A model generated the notes under the pieces. That model had not been told where the DNA came from. It saw only the letters and a program-made list of their open reading frames with translations, and ran no database searches. Positions 1 to 10,860 of a DNA stretch of 37,999 nt are shown here, piece after piece. The stretch comes from Catajapyx aquilonaris (Eukaryota). Position numbers and translations under genes: made by a program. Every line of letters starts with the position of its first letter. Position 1 is the stretch's first letter. The stretch is taken from the NCBI GenBank assembly GCA_000934665.2, contig KZ538973.1, forward strand, positions 1 through 37,999, given 5' to 3'.

Positions 1-2
1 TG

Positions 3-25
3 TAGGTTAGGTTAGGTTAGGTTAG
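3..25 (+). repeat. (TTAGG)n short array, arthropod-type telomere motif, interstitial
   Basis: taggttaggttaggttaggttag at the window start; only about 4.5 units. Confidence 0.8.
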
Positions 26-76
26 TTTTAAATTTTTATTTTTGCCAGACCCTCACAAGGATAGCACTTTATAACA

Positions 77-97
77 TGTGTGTGTGTGTGTGTGTGT
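77..97. repeat. (TG)n microsatellite
   Basis: About 10 TG units. Confidence 0.95.
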
Positions 98-331
98 AGT
101 TGCCTAATTGTATCTACTTATGACATTCTACTCTTGTACGCACATTTCATAAAGGGCATTTTAATGCACTTGATGTATGAAAGTACATGCCGCATAGCGT
201 TCCCCTCTGGTCATTGCAAGAAGCGCTGACATGCGTCTCTTATCCTGACATCAAAGAGTGACCAATATAGTGGTAGCCCAGATGACCACATTACAATAAT
301 TTTGCTCATGTCTAGCCAGTGGTGGCCAGCT

Positions 332-365
332 AGTCACCATGCTTTGTGAGTCACCATGCTTTGTG
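332..365. repeat. 17-bp perfect tandem duplication
   Basis: agtcaccatgctttgtg at 332-348 and again at 349-365. Confidence 0.9.
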
Positions 366-1879
366 ATTCGCCACATAATAATTACACTAATGACAGCGGA
401 GAAGTTGAATTTCCTTACTTCTGAAACGTTTTTAAAAAACATTTGATTTCCCTTCTCCCCCACGCCACAAAACACAAATGTATACAGGCCTCCACCCTTA
501 TAATGCTGCTATAGGTTGCATTTAGCTCAGGTGCAATTATATTACTACTCCAGGGTGCTGGAAATGCATTGTTTCCATTTTTCGACCATTTTTCTAAAAA
601 AGCATAATGCCTGGGTAAAAGAGGAATACCCCGTGATCAGACAGAAAATAGTTAATTCAGATTCCCTTCCAAAGTTCCCCTAGCTCTTTTTTTTCTCTCG
701 CTTTGATTCGGGTAAAATCGGTGGGAAGAGGAAGAAAGAAGTCGTTGAAAAGCCCCCCAAAAGTCGTTTCTACCGTCGAACCGTTTGGAGAGGTTGTTGA
801 AAATCTGGATAATCCCCGCTGTGACCCTTTGTCACGCACCGTCTTTCCAATCGAACTTTCGTATGCATAATGCACCTCTCTCGGAGGACAGGCAAGCCAG
901 GGAGACGTAACAAAAAAAAGGGAAATGGAGGCTTTATTCGCATCACTCTGGGCCAGCCAGACAGTAATGTGCTATTTATTACCACAGTCAGATCCGTTAC
1001 TCTTTCGTTGGCTTTTCATATTTGCTTTGAGACTGGCCAAAGGGAGAAAGAATGGTGAGGCACGTAAAATGAAGAGCTGCTTATTCCAGAGCGAATATGA
1101 TTTTTTTATACATAAAGGTATGTGACGAATGATTGGAATATGGCTATCAAGTGGGGATTAAAATGTGGCCAAAATAGTATTATTCGAGAAAAATATTATC
1201 TTACTATGCATGTTGAACTGCCTACACAGGTTGAGTCAAGCTTCAGACCATGTGGCTTTATGGAGTATTGTCCATTGCAGATATTTGCAGTAGTACGTAA
1301 AGATGCAAAAAAATGTTAATTAGAAGGAAGCTCGTGAAACTGTCTTTTTTATTAATAATGTATATACAGATACAAATTGTTACAAGTTGTACACGAGTGA
1401 GCCAATGCACAGACACACAGCCGACATTCTATTCGCAAGATCTTGGGAAACAACATGCCTGTAACACCGTGGATACAAAGGAAGGTCCAGTCGATGAAAA
1501 ATAAAAATTTCACAAGGTACATGACGCGACAGTCAATATGTTACATCAGAAACGTGCGTATTTTTTTAAAAGGCCATTTCAAGCCGTAAAATATACCTAG
1601 ATTGAATGACATTATGCAGTCTATACTACAAAGTGTTTTTATAAAAATTGGGAATAATACAAGATGTTTATCACGGAGTATGGTGTCTCTAGAGGGGGTT
1701 CCGGAATCATGTTGGTGTAACGAGCTCTCAAACTTTCAGGAGCAATACGCAGTCACATATGAGGAGGTCAAAAACATTTACAAAACACCAGTGAGAGTGA
1801 TTTTTCAGTGGGAGTTCACTGTTTTCTTGAAAAAACTGCACTGCCTACCTTTAAAAAAAATTATAATATTGGCAACAAA

Positions 1880-3250
1880 CTTTGAAACTCTTTACAAACG
1901 ACAACACATTGCTCGAATTTACTGATTCAATCAGAATAATAAGCATGTATTGTGCAACAGCTTCGTGCAGTAATGGACACCATGAATTTCCAATTTTGAA
2001 GATGTGGAGGGTGAAGCAAAGGCTTTTGTCAACTAGTCATACATATGAATGACCCTTTTCAAGATTTGCAACAATGGCACCTGAGAGTGGGTTCACGTAT
2101 TTGGGAGTGCAGCAGAATTCCCCAAACAACAATATGTGACTGGAGAGGAGCGCATCACTCTTGCCACCTGTTGTGGAGAAGAGCCACTTCAAAACCAACT
2201 TTTCCAATACGTGGATCCGTTTCCATTTAGGCCATGGATTTTCATAATAGTGGTACTCAACTGGCTACTGATATTGTGAAGTGTTTATCGGCAGCAGTAT
2301 AGGCTTTGAAACAGGCACACAATAATATGAGCTAATAATGCAAAAATAACATTTATCACTCACTCTTCATTCTGAACGAAACAAATAAATTTCCCAGCGA
2401 ATTATTTCTTCATTGTCATTTTCAAGAGCCGCTGCTATATTCCATCACTGCTTACTGGACTATTAATGCTAGATCCATTTGCATGACAACGTCTCCAAAA
2501 AAAAGCAGTAGCCCATGATTATGGCCATTAATAAATAGTTGCTATGTGGGAGTTTTGTTAGGTTCTGAATATATAGGGAGAGTGATAATTATTGCTAGCC
2601 AATCCGTACCAAATTATGACCAATTTTGCGATAACAATAAGAGCTTATCAGCAAGAAGGGAATGCCTCACTCTCTCAACTGGCTCTGACAAAACCCATAA
2701 TTTATGTGGCATGGTGCGGTAGATTTCTTGGCTTGGTTGCAACGGGCAAAAAAGTAATCACTTGACAACGAGTGCTACATTACTGTATATTGTTTACGAT
2801 CGAAAGGTTGCTCTTACACTTTACAGTGACAGATCAATTTCGATATTGGCTGATATGCCATGGTGCCACTAAAATCTTCTATTTCATTGGAAGCTGTTAC
2901 AGTTCGAGTGGGAAAAAGAAAATTACAGATGAGTGTCCATAAAGCAGCTACACAGTCAGAGTCAAGATAGTGGACAGTAACTGCTGTAAAGGACACATAT
3001 TTCTGTTGGAAACATTTAAGAGCAACATTACCTCGCGACCAATTAATCCAGTAAAAATAATTGTAATAAAAAACAACCAGGTTATGAGGCGTGAATCGAG
3101 GCGGTCAATTGTTGTTTCACGTGGCAAAGCACTAGTCCAGGAGGGGTCATTGGGGCTATTGGCATCTCGCATTTAGCTTGCATGGATACTGGCGTCAAAA
3201 ACGGGATCCACATTCCGTGCCAGCTTGCGTGCAGAACAGATTAGGTTGCA
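1880..3250 (-). pseudogene. Decayed hAT (Ac/ZBED-like) transposase
   Basis: Minus-strand fragments fall in hAT order. DPSWTSALPRETTI (cf. DPxYxLPSRxTI); NVSNRNM/SFTAVTVHYLDSD (cf. DxWSxRxMxSFxxVTAHYxD, ORF 2814-2996); RCHANGSSINSP (cf. xxNxTRWNS); PLLHEAVAQY near 1950 (cf. dimerisation domain). Many stops and frameshifts; by-eye match. Confidence 0.55.
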
Positions 3251-4010
3251 CGCTTAATAATTTCTCGTGGCCCTCATGTTAGGGGAGTTACTTGTCAGCA
3301 CTTTCCTGGAAGAGTTCATTAGGGTTTCCATGGAGATTTTGTCCCTTCACCGTCCACTGATCAAGATATTAGTCGAAAACAGAAAAAGTGGAGAGTATAC
3401 GTCAATACGCGCAAATATCTAGCAACTTAAGCTGGGGAAAACAGGAGATGAAACAAAATAATTCCAGTTTTAGCAGTGTAAGGTAATTTTCACCTCATGA
3501 AGGCGGTGAAATGTTACCTTCCTGCTGAAAAGCCTAGTCCGAGTGTAAATGAGTTGTTCAGCCACATTCCGCTTCGTTTGAACAAGCAAGACGCATTCCA
3601 ACATCTTCATTTTCTTGGCATACCGTATTGTACCAAGCCAGGGTTTTGAGTAGCAAGACCTGGGTGAGGCATCAAATATGTTGACCATAATATAAAGGGC
3701 GGTAACAGAATCCGGGTTTTCATTTTGCACCTCTACAGCGCCTTTTGATGCGATTCGTTTACAGGCCTTCCACTACAACATATTATGCGAAGAGCCATTT
3801 AAATGGAAACCAAAGCGTGCTCAAAGGACACCTTTCATGTTCTAGTATCTGTTTCAAGACCAGCCAATAGTGCTGATTAAAGACAGGTGTATGATACTCG
3901 TACAATGTTGGTTGTACAGTACGGTAAGCATCGCTTTATTAACTTAGAGAGTGAAAGCTAGAATATGATTTTACACGTGTCACACGTAGTGATTAAACGA
4001 AGATTACAAT

Positions 4011-4674
4011 GGGGAACTAGCCTTGGTCTGGGATTTGGGATTTTTGTTCATAACTAGCTAGCCCATGCCCGTAAACATACATTCCATCACTCTGTTGCAT
4101 CAAAATGACATTACTGGATAAATTACGGCACATTTAAAAGTGCCTTCAAAATTGGCGGGAAAAACGCGGAGGCCAATCGAAAGGGTACACCGAAATGCCT
4201 GGTTGACTGCGAGATATGAGGAATTTGGCTTTGAATTAACCGCGGACGCGACGGAAAGCATTCGCAAGGAAGCTGTAGGCCATCGAGGTGGAGAAAGGGG
4301 GCCTTCATGTGCCGAATTCGGGTGACAGATAATTCCTACCAGTTGGCACCACTGTCAGCACAGAAGCGACTGAAGCGGCCTGGAATAAATACGCGCCCCG
4401 GCCACTATCTTCCTCACGGAATGGGACGGTTGCTAACACGAGCGAAGCGTTTTACAACAATGACGGGGCGCGTTCTATAACACCCTTTTTGCGTTCATTT
4501 CACTTCGCGTGACGTCAACATTTTCTAGGGAAACAGTGACGTCACCATTTCCCTACATAAAAACCCCAATTACTCCGGAACGGGAACTGATATCTTAAAA
4601 CGGAATATGCCAAAAAAATCCAAAAAATATGGGCGAATTTATTATGTAGTTTCCAAAATGAAGGCTAGTTCCCC
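4011..4674. mobile_element. Non-autonomous DNA transposon with short TIRs (Merlin-like by termini)
   Basis: GGGGAACTAGCCTT (4011-4024) and AAGGCTAGTTCCCC (4661-4674) are a perfect inverted repeat, extendable to 17 bp. Flanks attacaat (4003-4010) and attacata (4675-4682) form an imperfect 8-bp TSD. GG termini plus 8-bp TSD suggest Merlin (inference). Confidence 0.65.
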
Positions 4675-4872
4675 ATTACATAACAATGCAGCAGTAATGG
4701 TTGCAGATAGGAGAAAAAAACCGTCTTTTTAGGGACAAGGAGAGATGTTTCAGGAAATGAGCATGACTACTCCAAAAACTGATATTCAGTCAGACAAAAA
4801 CCAGTTTGACAGCTCACAACAATGGACACACTCCATATTGCCAGTGGCCTTCGAACGTAACTCAAACCCGTG

Positions 4873-4944
4873 TGCCTCTGCTGGGAATCGAACCCAGGTC
4901 CACACTCATGCAGAGCGTGTGTTCTGCCACTAAACTACAGAGGC
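4873..4944 (-). tRNA. tRNA-like cloverleaf, Ala(TGC)-related; probably pseudogene or SINE head
   Basis: GCCTCTG TA GTTT AGTGGCA GAAC A CACGC TCTGCAT GAGTG TGGAC CTGGG TTCGATT CCCAG CAGAGGC A. 72 nt, perfect 7-bp acceptor stem and 5-bp T stem, A and B boxes. Has C33, a G30:A40 mismatch and no G3:U70. Confidence 0.85.
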
Positions 4945-5479
4945 TATTGGGTCAAGAACGAACACTATGCCTCCACCCCCAAATCTGAAAGAGGGGACAC
5001 ATAAGTCAATACACTAATTAGAGAAACATAGTTGCCGAGTTTCATCTCTTATCCAAAAAAAAAATGAGAATACGATCTCGGTAATATTGTCAAAGGGATA
5101 TAATATACGAGTAAGTTGGAAAGAAAAGAATCTGCGAGAACAGTGGAGAATGTCGATAAAGGCTTGGCGGATCTACTGCATTCAATTTCAATAGCCGCAA
5201 GAGTTTTCCTGAAAACTTTCTTCCTTTTCTCTTCCAAAGCTTCATTCACAAGGCCTCACTCGGATTTATTAAGCTTACCTTTTCACTCTCCATCCCACCT
5301 CTTTTCACCCCTCAACCCATCCCATCCCCAACCCCCGGGCCAATCCTTCCGTCGTTTTTCACCGATAACAGGATGTTTACGAGAGAGGCGGTGTGACGTT
5401 CCGGAAATTTGCGTCTGTCTCCAAGGCAGAATATAGAAGCATATGGGCTCCAAAAAAAACTAGCTACGCTCACGGCTAT

Positions 5480-5860
5480 GTACCCGGTCAACAAAAGCGA
5501 CTTCATTTGAGAAACTATGGCTTTGGCATGTCGGAAAATATGAACTGATTGTTGGCAGTTGCTACTGTTGGCCCGGGCCGAGTCATCAATCTGGAGTGAC
5601 CCTATGGCATGCCCCGATATGGAGAGAAAATGGTCCACCCTAATCCTCAAGGCCTCGATTGTACTGTTCAAAATGTTTATTGGGACAAGAAGTACAAAAT
5701 ATTAAAATACACATTGCAAAATAGCACCCTTCCAAGTAGACACGATTCACTTCCAAGTTGAAAACACCACACCGGTCTGACGAATCGGTCTTTGGAGTAG
5801 ACTTGTTCACATTTCTGCCACAGAAATCATCTCCATTCGTCATGACGTCGTCGCTTATTA
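5480..5860 (+). pseudogene. Decayed non-LTR retrotransposon APE endonuclease (CR1/L2-group-like)
   Basis: Ordered fragments with frameshifts: SFEKLWLWHVGKYELIVGSCYCWP (cf. ExLWxxxxxxLIVGxxYRPP), DCTVQNVYWD (cf. GDFNxPxIDW), VDLFTFLP (cf. LDLxxTNxP), RHDVVA (cf. SDHxxV). By-eye match. Confidence 0.55.
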
Positions 5861-6347
5861 TTATTATTTTTTGTTTAAGAAGGAGAGGAATTTGAATGAC
5901 GTCATTACACCAACCAACGTCCACTCGCATAATGAATTCTGTCATGATCAAATTAACAACAAGACTCATATAGTGATAAAAATTGACCATAGTCGGCAGG
6001 CATCTTTTTTTGTACCTGGTTATGTTATAATGCTAGAGAATAGATGCAAAATAAAAATGATTGGAAGAAAAAAAAATTGGCAATCAATTAAGTATCCAGA
6101 AATTCTTGTTTTTTGAGCGAAGAGTCCTCTTTCATCAATACTGCATTATATTTTTAATTGTTATGACACAGTTTACGCTTCATATGCCACCTTACAAGTC
6201 TCTCATATGTTTGGCAACCAAAATATAAACGACACTTTCAACAGGCTAAATCAACGACAATTATATGGATAAGGTAGCGAAGTGTTGCTAAAGATGGATT
6301 AGTGCAACAATGTTACAAAATTACAAAACCTACTATGGTATTCTGTA

Positions 6348-6545
6348 CACTGTAAATTGCAAAACATTAAAAGAGCATCACTGGTGATTCTCTCATGGAA
6401 CATCAATTTTTAATGCTCTGCTAATGCTCTTGTGATGCTTTTTTGCTGCTAAAAGCATCACAAGAGCATTAGAAGAGCATTAAAAATTGATGTTCCATGC
6501 GAGACTCACCAGTGATGCTCTTTTAATGTTTTGCAGTTTACAGTG
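6348..6545. mobile_element. Palindromic MITE, CACTG termini (EnSpm/CACTA-like), TA TSD
   Basis: 95-bp arms (6348-6442 and 6451-6545) with 4 mismatches and an 8-nt spacer. TA|CACTGTAAA...TTTACAGTG|TA; repeated GAGCAT/ATGCTC subterminal motifs. Confidence 0.92.
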
Positions 6546-6929
6546 TACCTGAACGCAATTAAAGAAATGGTCAGTATTGTTGCAGAATAACGCAAAAAAC
6601 AGCACTTTTCCAAAGAGACGTACAAAATAGCACACAGACAACACATTGTCCATAGTCGATTTGGAATAGTAGAGCAGAGAACGCCATCTGAAAGGCTGCA
6701 TTAGGAAACAATTTCCCCACTTATGATAACATTTTACCGAACTAAAAATTGGCAACAAAGTGGAACTAAACCGATAGGAAATAAGTAGAGAATGTGCTGA
6801 ACACTAAAAATTGCTGAACAATTTGTCAACTCCACATGAAATGATAATATAAAATTTAAAAAAAATATGAATGGTTACAGCAGACAAGGTCATACTTGAG
6901 TGTAACAATATGGAGTGAACTGAACTGAT

Positions 6930-7570
6930 GGTTTGAAGTGTGAACCGTTTGGAGCGGGGCAGAGGGAATGGGAATTATCATTGTTTTGAGCCACATCAAT
7001 AAGGACAGTGAGTTTGACATGTTTCGCAATGAAACACTACGTTGGTTCTAGTGGTAAAGTTAGAGAACAATGGGCGGTGCGAAACCTCATAACGTTGTAT
7101 TTTGAGGACGGCCATTTTTTCCCCCCCCCAAAATTTGTTACCACACCTTTTTCCATTAGTGAACAAAGGTCTGTAAAGTTGTTGGGCAACTCATTACGTA
7201 AGAGGCCTTCAGAAGCACACAGCACACAGATGTCAGGAAGAAACAAAAATGTTGCCATGTACCACAAGCAGGTCGGCTAACATTTTGTTCTATGAATGCA
7301 TTGCATTTGACACCAACAAAAATAGCATGGCAGTATACAAGTACACCATTTTGTGCGCCTGTACACCTTCCAAGATTACGAGGCCTTGTTTCAACATGAA
7401 CCTGGCAGCACAGTGGTAATCACGATCACTTTCAGCACGAGACGGACTTAAAACAAGTATAATAAACCGCCACGACATGAAGCCGGCGACCATACTCAAA
7501 AGATTACGTCAATAAATACATAAGTGTCACCGTATTTCTTCAGCACGTGGTTTCTTACATGCAATCAAAG
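6930..7570 (+). pseudogene. Decayed piggyBac transposase
   Basis: REWELSLF (cf. KWGxKLF); ORF 7008-7280 HYVGSSG...VRNLITLYFEDGH...KFVTTP...NSLRKR (cf. IYxGK...VxxLxxPYxxxGH..DNFYTS..GTxRKNR); KPATILK-DYVNKYI...QHVVSY at about 7480-7560 (cf. KPxxIxDYNKYMGGVDxxDQxxSY). By-eye match. Confidence 0.55.
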
Positions 7571-10500
7571 TGCGGATTTTTTGCACCCCAAAAAGATGAC
7601 CGATTAAGAATATTTGGGCGACAAAAGGTCATTGGATAGGAGATGGAAAAAAAACGGAAGGGACATAAAGCTCCTGGAGTGTTTCGGATATATCCGTCAT
7701 GGCTAGCCAATATTTGTCCCGATTAATCTGGCATGCGAAAATGAGACTCGATTCATTACATCTTTGTGATATAAGCGTCATCTGTCTTCATTCGTTCCTT
7801 GAAAGATCAAGAGAGCGGAAAGAGCGCAAGCTTTTCCAGATTCGATTAAGGGGAGGTTGGAGGAAGTGGATAGGGGGTGGTAGGAAGGAGGGGGGGGGGG
7901 NAGGAGGAAAAAAAAAAAAGAATCTCCAAGGCGAGTTGTAGACGTGTGTTCCGGCCAGAGAAAATATCGCGGGCGTTCCGAAACAGATCCGGGATGGTAT
8001 TTAATAAATTTTTCCGTTTCCAAGTCCGAACCTTGGCTCAACATGCCATGCATCATCCCCTCCACCCGGCCCACCCACCACATACCCTTGCATCCAACAT
8101 TGCTTTTCATTCCAGGCAGCAGTTGCTAAAGCCAGTTGTGTAGGTAACAGACGTATCCATCCAAATAGTAAAGCTTGAGAAATATGGGACCTTTGTCCAG
8201 TATTGACCTTTCAGAAAGGCCCTATTCTTCTTCCTGCTATTGGTATAGAGGGTGAGCCACAAGCATTTGCCATGTCGCTATTGTTGTACTTTTTCTGGAG
8301 ATATTTTTCATTAGATTTTTAATTTAAATAATAATAATATAGGCTTCGTGAAAAGGCTCTCAAATTTCATTATTTATTAAACTGCTGAGTGATGATGTAT
8401 TTTGATAAAACTCGGACATCGAACTGAGGACCACAGAAGGTTGTGGCTATAACTACTACACAGTGCCGCAGTGGGCTTCTACAAAAGAATCGTTAACTGG
8501 CAGGCAAACACTGACTCACCCTGTATATTTGCGTTATCTTATTTCATCCCGTTTTGGGGTCACGACAAACTCATTACTCAAATCGTAAAAAGCAGAGGTC
8601 TGTTACACCCTCCCTTTTTTTAAAAAAAATTAGTGAAATGGAAAGGGATGTAAACCACCCCAAACCTGCTTTCCCCAACGCACAATGACATTTCCTTAAA
8701 GCCTCGTAATTTTGCGAATGGCCACGTGACGTTCCCCCACACAATGCACCAACATCCTATCAAAGCCTCCAATCTCTCTCTCTCCCTCATTTATTTTTTC
8801 CCTTCCTCCCTTTCCCTTTCCCCTCCTGCCCCCTGCGTGTTTTTGTTTGTTTTCAACGTCCCCAAGCTCGCTGGCAAATTATGTCGAGTGTGTTCCGGAG
8901 ATCGCGTATTACTCGGACTGCTTTTCACAACCTGGGGGCCAAATGAAAAGAGATGACATTTGAACCGTGGAAAGGGCTCGAGTCAATCAAGCCAGCGATG
9001 CTCTTTTGACCTCATGTCACCAGGTTGTCAACAGCAATCCTGCGTGTCATTTGCATTTACACTGTTTTGAGACCAATTTGGGATTGGCATTATCAGTCTT
9101 GGGGATCCAATCAGGATTTAATTGCTTAAAGCCTGGAGTTAGGTTGTTGTACAGACTATATAGTCCACTTTTGCTGATTGGCTGCCCACAATATCAGGTA
9201 AGTCAATATTTCCAATATATAAATCTGATAATTTTGAAAATGCTATAAATTCGCTCCTCGGGCTTCCTTTTCGACAAAAAATGGACTTACGCACATTTCC
9301 ATCAAGACTCTGCAATTTAGAGCGCATATGCAAATATAACGAGCGTCTTCAAATTGATTTTTATTACACAGTTCATTTGCCTTCAAAATCGATAGAGCTC
9401 AGGCCCAGAAGGCGAAAAATGGCGTATCGCTTGGTAGGAAGTTACGTCAAATTTGAATTAGCAATTTTACTTTAATCCAATCAGGCTTGCACATGACAGC
9501 TGCTTTCGATCGGTCGTTTTCAACTTTTTTTTTTGGTCAAGTGCAAACAGCATAGTCTAGAAAAGAAGAAAAAAAAAACGATGGAAGCGCATTACCCAGG
9601 GAGAGGGTAGGGGCTGGGGGGGGGGGGGAGAGTTTATAGGGATGGATCTAATCCCATTTGCTCTTTCCCCCAGTGATTTCTTCAGGTCGAATGACCAGAT
9701 GAGCCCTGTGCGTCGCATGATATCAAGCTTCGATTCCTACTAACCCAAGTCATTGCTTTTTTGGACGCTGATTCCAGTTTTGCTCGGATTTCGACATTGA
9801 CCATGCCAGAAGTTTAGGAGGTGGGGAAGGAAAAATGGACATTTTTTAAATGCACCTCGTAAATATTTTTTTTTTTGCCTCAAACTTGCATAACCCAAGA
9901 AATTCACCCGCACACAAGAGTATGATTTCACGTGAGTTACTTCATGATTGTCGTCCTCGTTGTCCAAAAGAATTGGTCAACAGATCGTAGCGCACGTGCA
10001 CTTAAAACTTAAAATAAAAATTAATGGAAATGTGATGGGGGTGATAATTGATAGTCAAAAGCTTTGCTTAGGTTAGGCTTAAGGGTTAGTAGTTTCTTCT
10101 TCTTTTCCGGAGACTCGAGAGAAACTTCCAAACAACAGACCAGTCCAGTGTTAGCATGGGTTAGTGTAATGGTTTGATTCCTACGGTTACCGTAGGGTTT
10201 GTGGACTCCTTTCCTTCTTGCATGTGGTGTTTACCGCTTGATGTGGTCCTGGATTTATTCTTCTTCTCGCAGTCTGAAAGTACACAGAAATAACATCGTG
10301 AGAATGAAAAGCACAATAGCAATTCCACACACACACAAAAAATAGAATAAGCTTGCCGCCAAAAGCGTACTCTCTAGTGTATAAGCCTGCATCAAGTTGT
10401 TGTCCTGGCAACAGTCATGGTGACAAAAAAATCTCAGTGACAAATTTGACAAAAACATGTGCCAAAAACCTTCATGATATTCAAACCATGTCTGCAGTAA

Positions 10501-10609
10501 AAAAGTGTAGTGTATATTTTTGGGGAGATTTTCATGCATCTCGTTCTCTATTCTCCGGTCTCACCGCAGGACGAATAACAAAACAAAGAACGGGAAAGAG
10601 GTGAGAACA

Positions 10610-10860
10610 AAAAGGTGGCACCCCCTAGGTACCCCTTCCTCATTCTCACCGTGACTCTGGTGCAAAATGGTGGCGCAAAGCGGGTTATAAATCAGCTTGA
10701 CTGGTTCACGACACACCAGCATTGTCATCAACTTCGCTTTATTAATCACCAACTTCAACCCTTTGTAAGTGTACCTCCACAGGCCATTCCAATAGCGATA
10801 TCGGCTACTGACGAAGGATATAGTGAAACTAATCATTGACAATAAGCGGCCTTGACCCAT
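10610..10860 (-). pseudogene. Decayed LINE reverse transcriptase, C-terminal subdomains (RTE-like)
   Basis: ORF 10561-10878 has WNGLWRYTYKGLKLVINKAKLMTMLVCREP (cf. GLxINxxKTxxMxxxRE). A degenerate AYADD-like segment precedes it and GYLGG (10621-10635, cf. FKYLG) follows in another frame. Confidence 0.5.

Noticed and set aside
2948..3172. Hydrophobic ORF resembling an ionotropic-receptor membrane segment
   Set aside because: Flanking frames fit a decayed hAT transposase better; no other receptor motifs.
8105..8300. Kolobok/Mutator-like transposase C-terminal resemblance (KCLW...YWTKVP...LATAAWNE, minus)
   Set aside because: Too few conserved residues to call without a search.
10614..10634. 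CTCF-like motif
   Set aside because: Coincides with the YLGG codons of a decayed RT and matches imperfectly.
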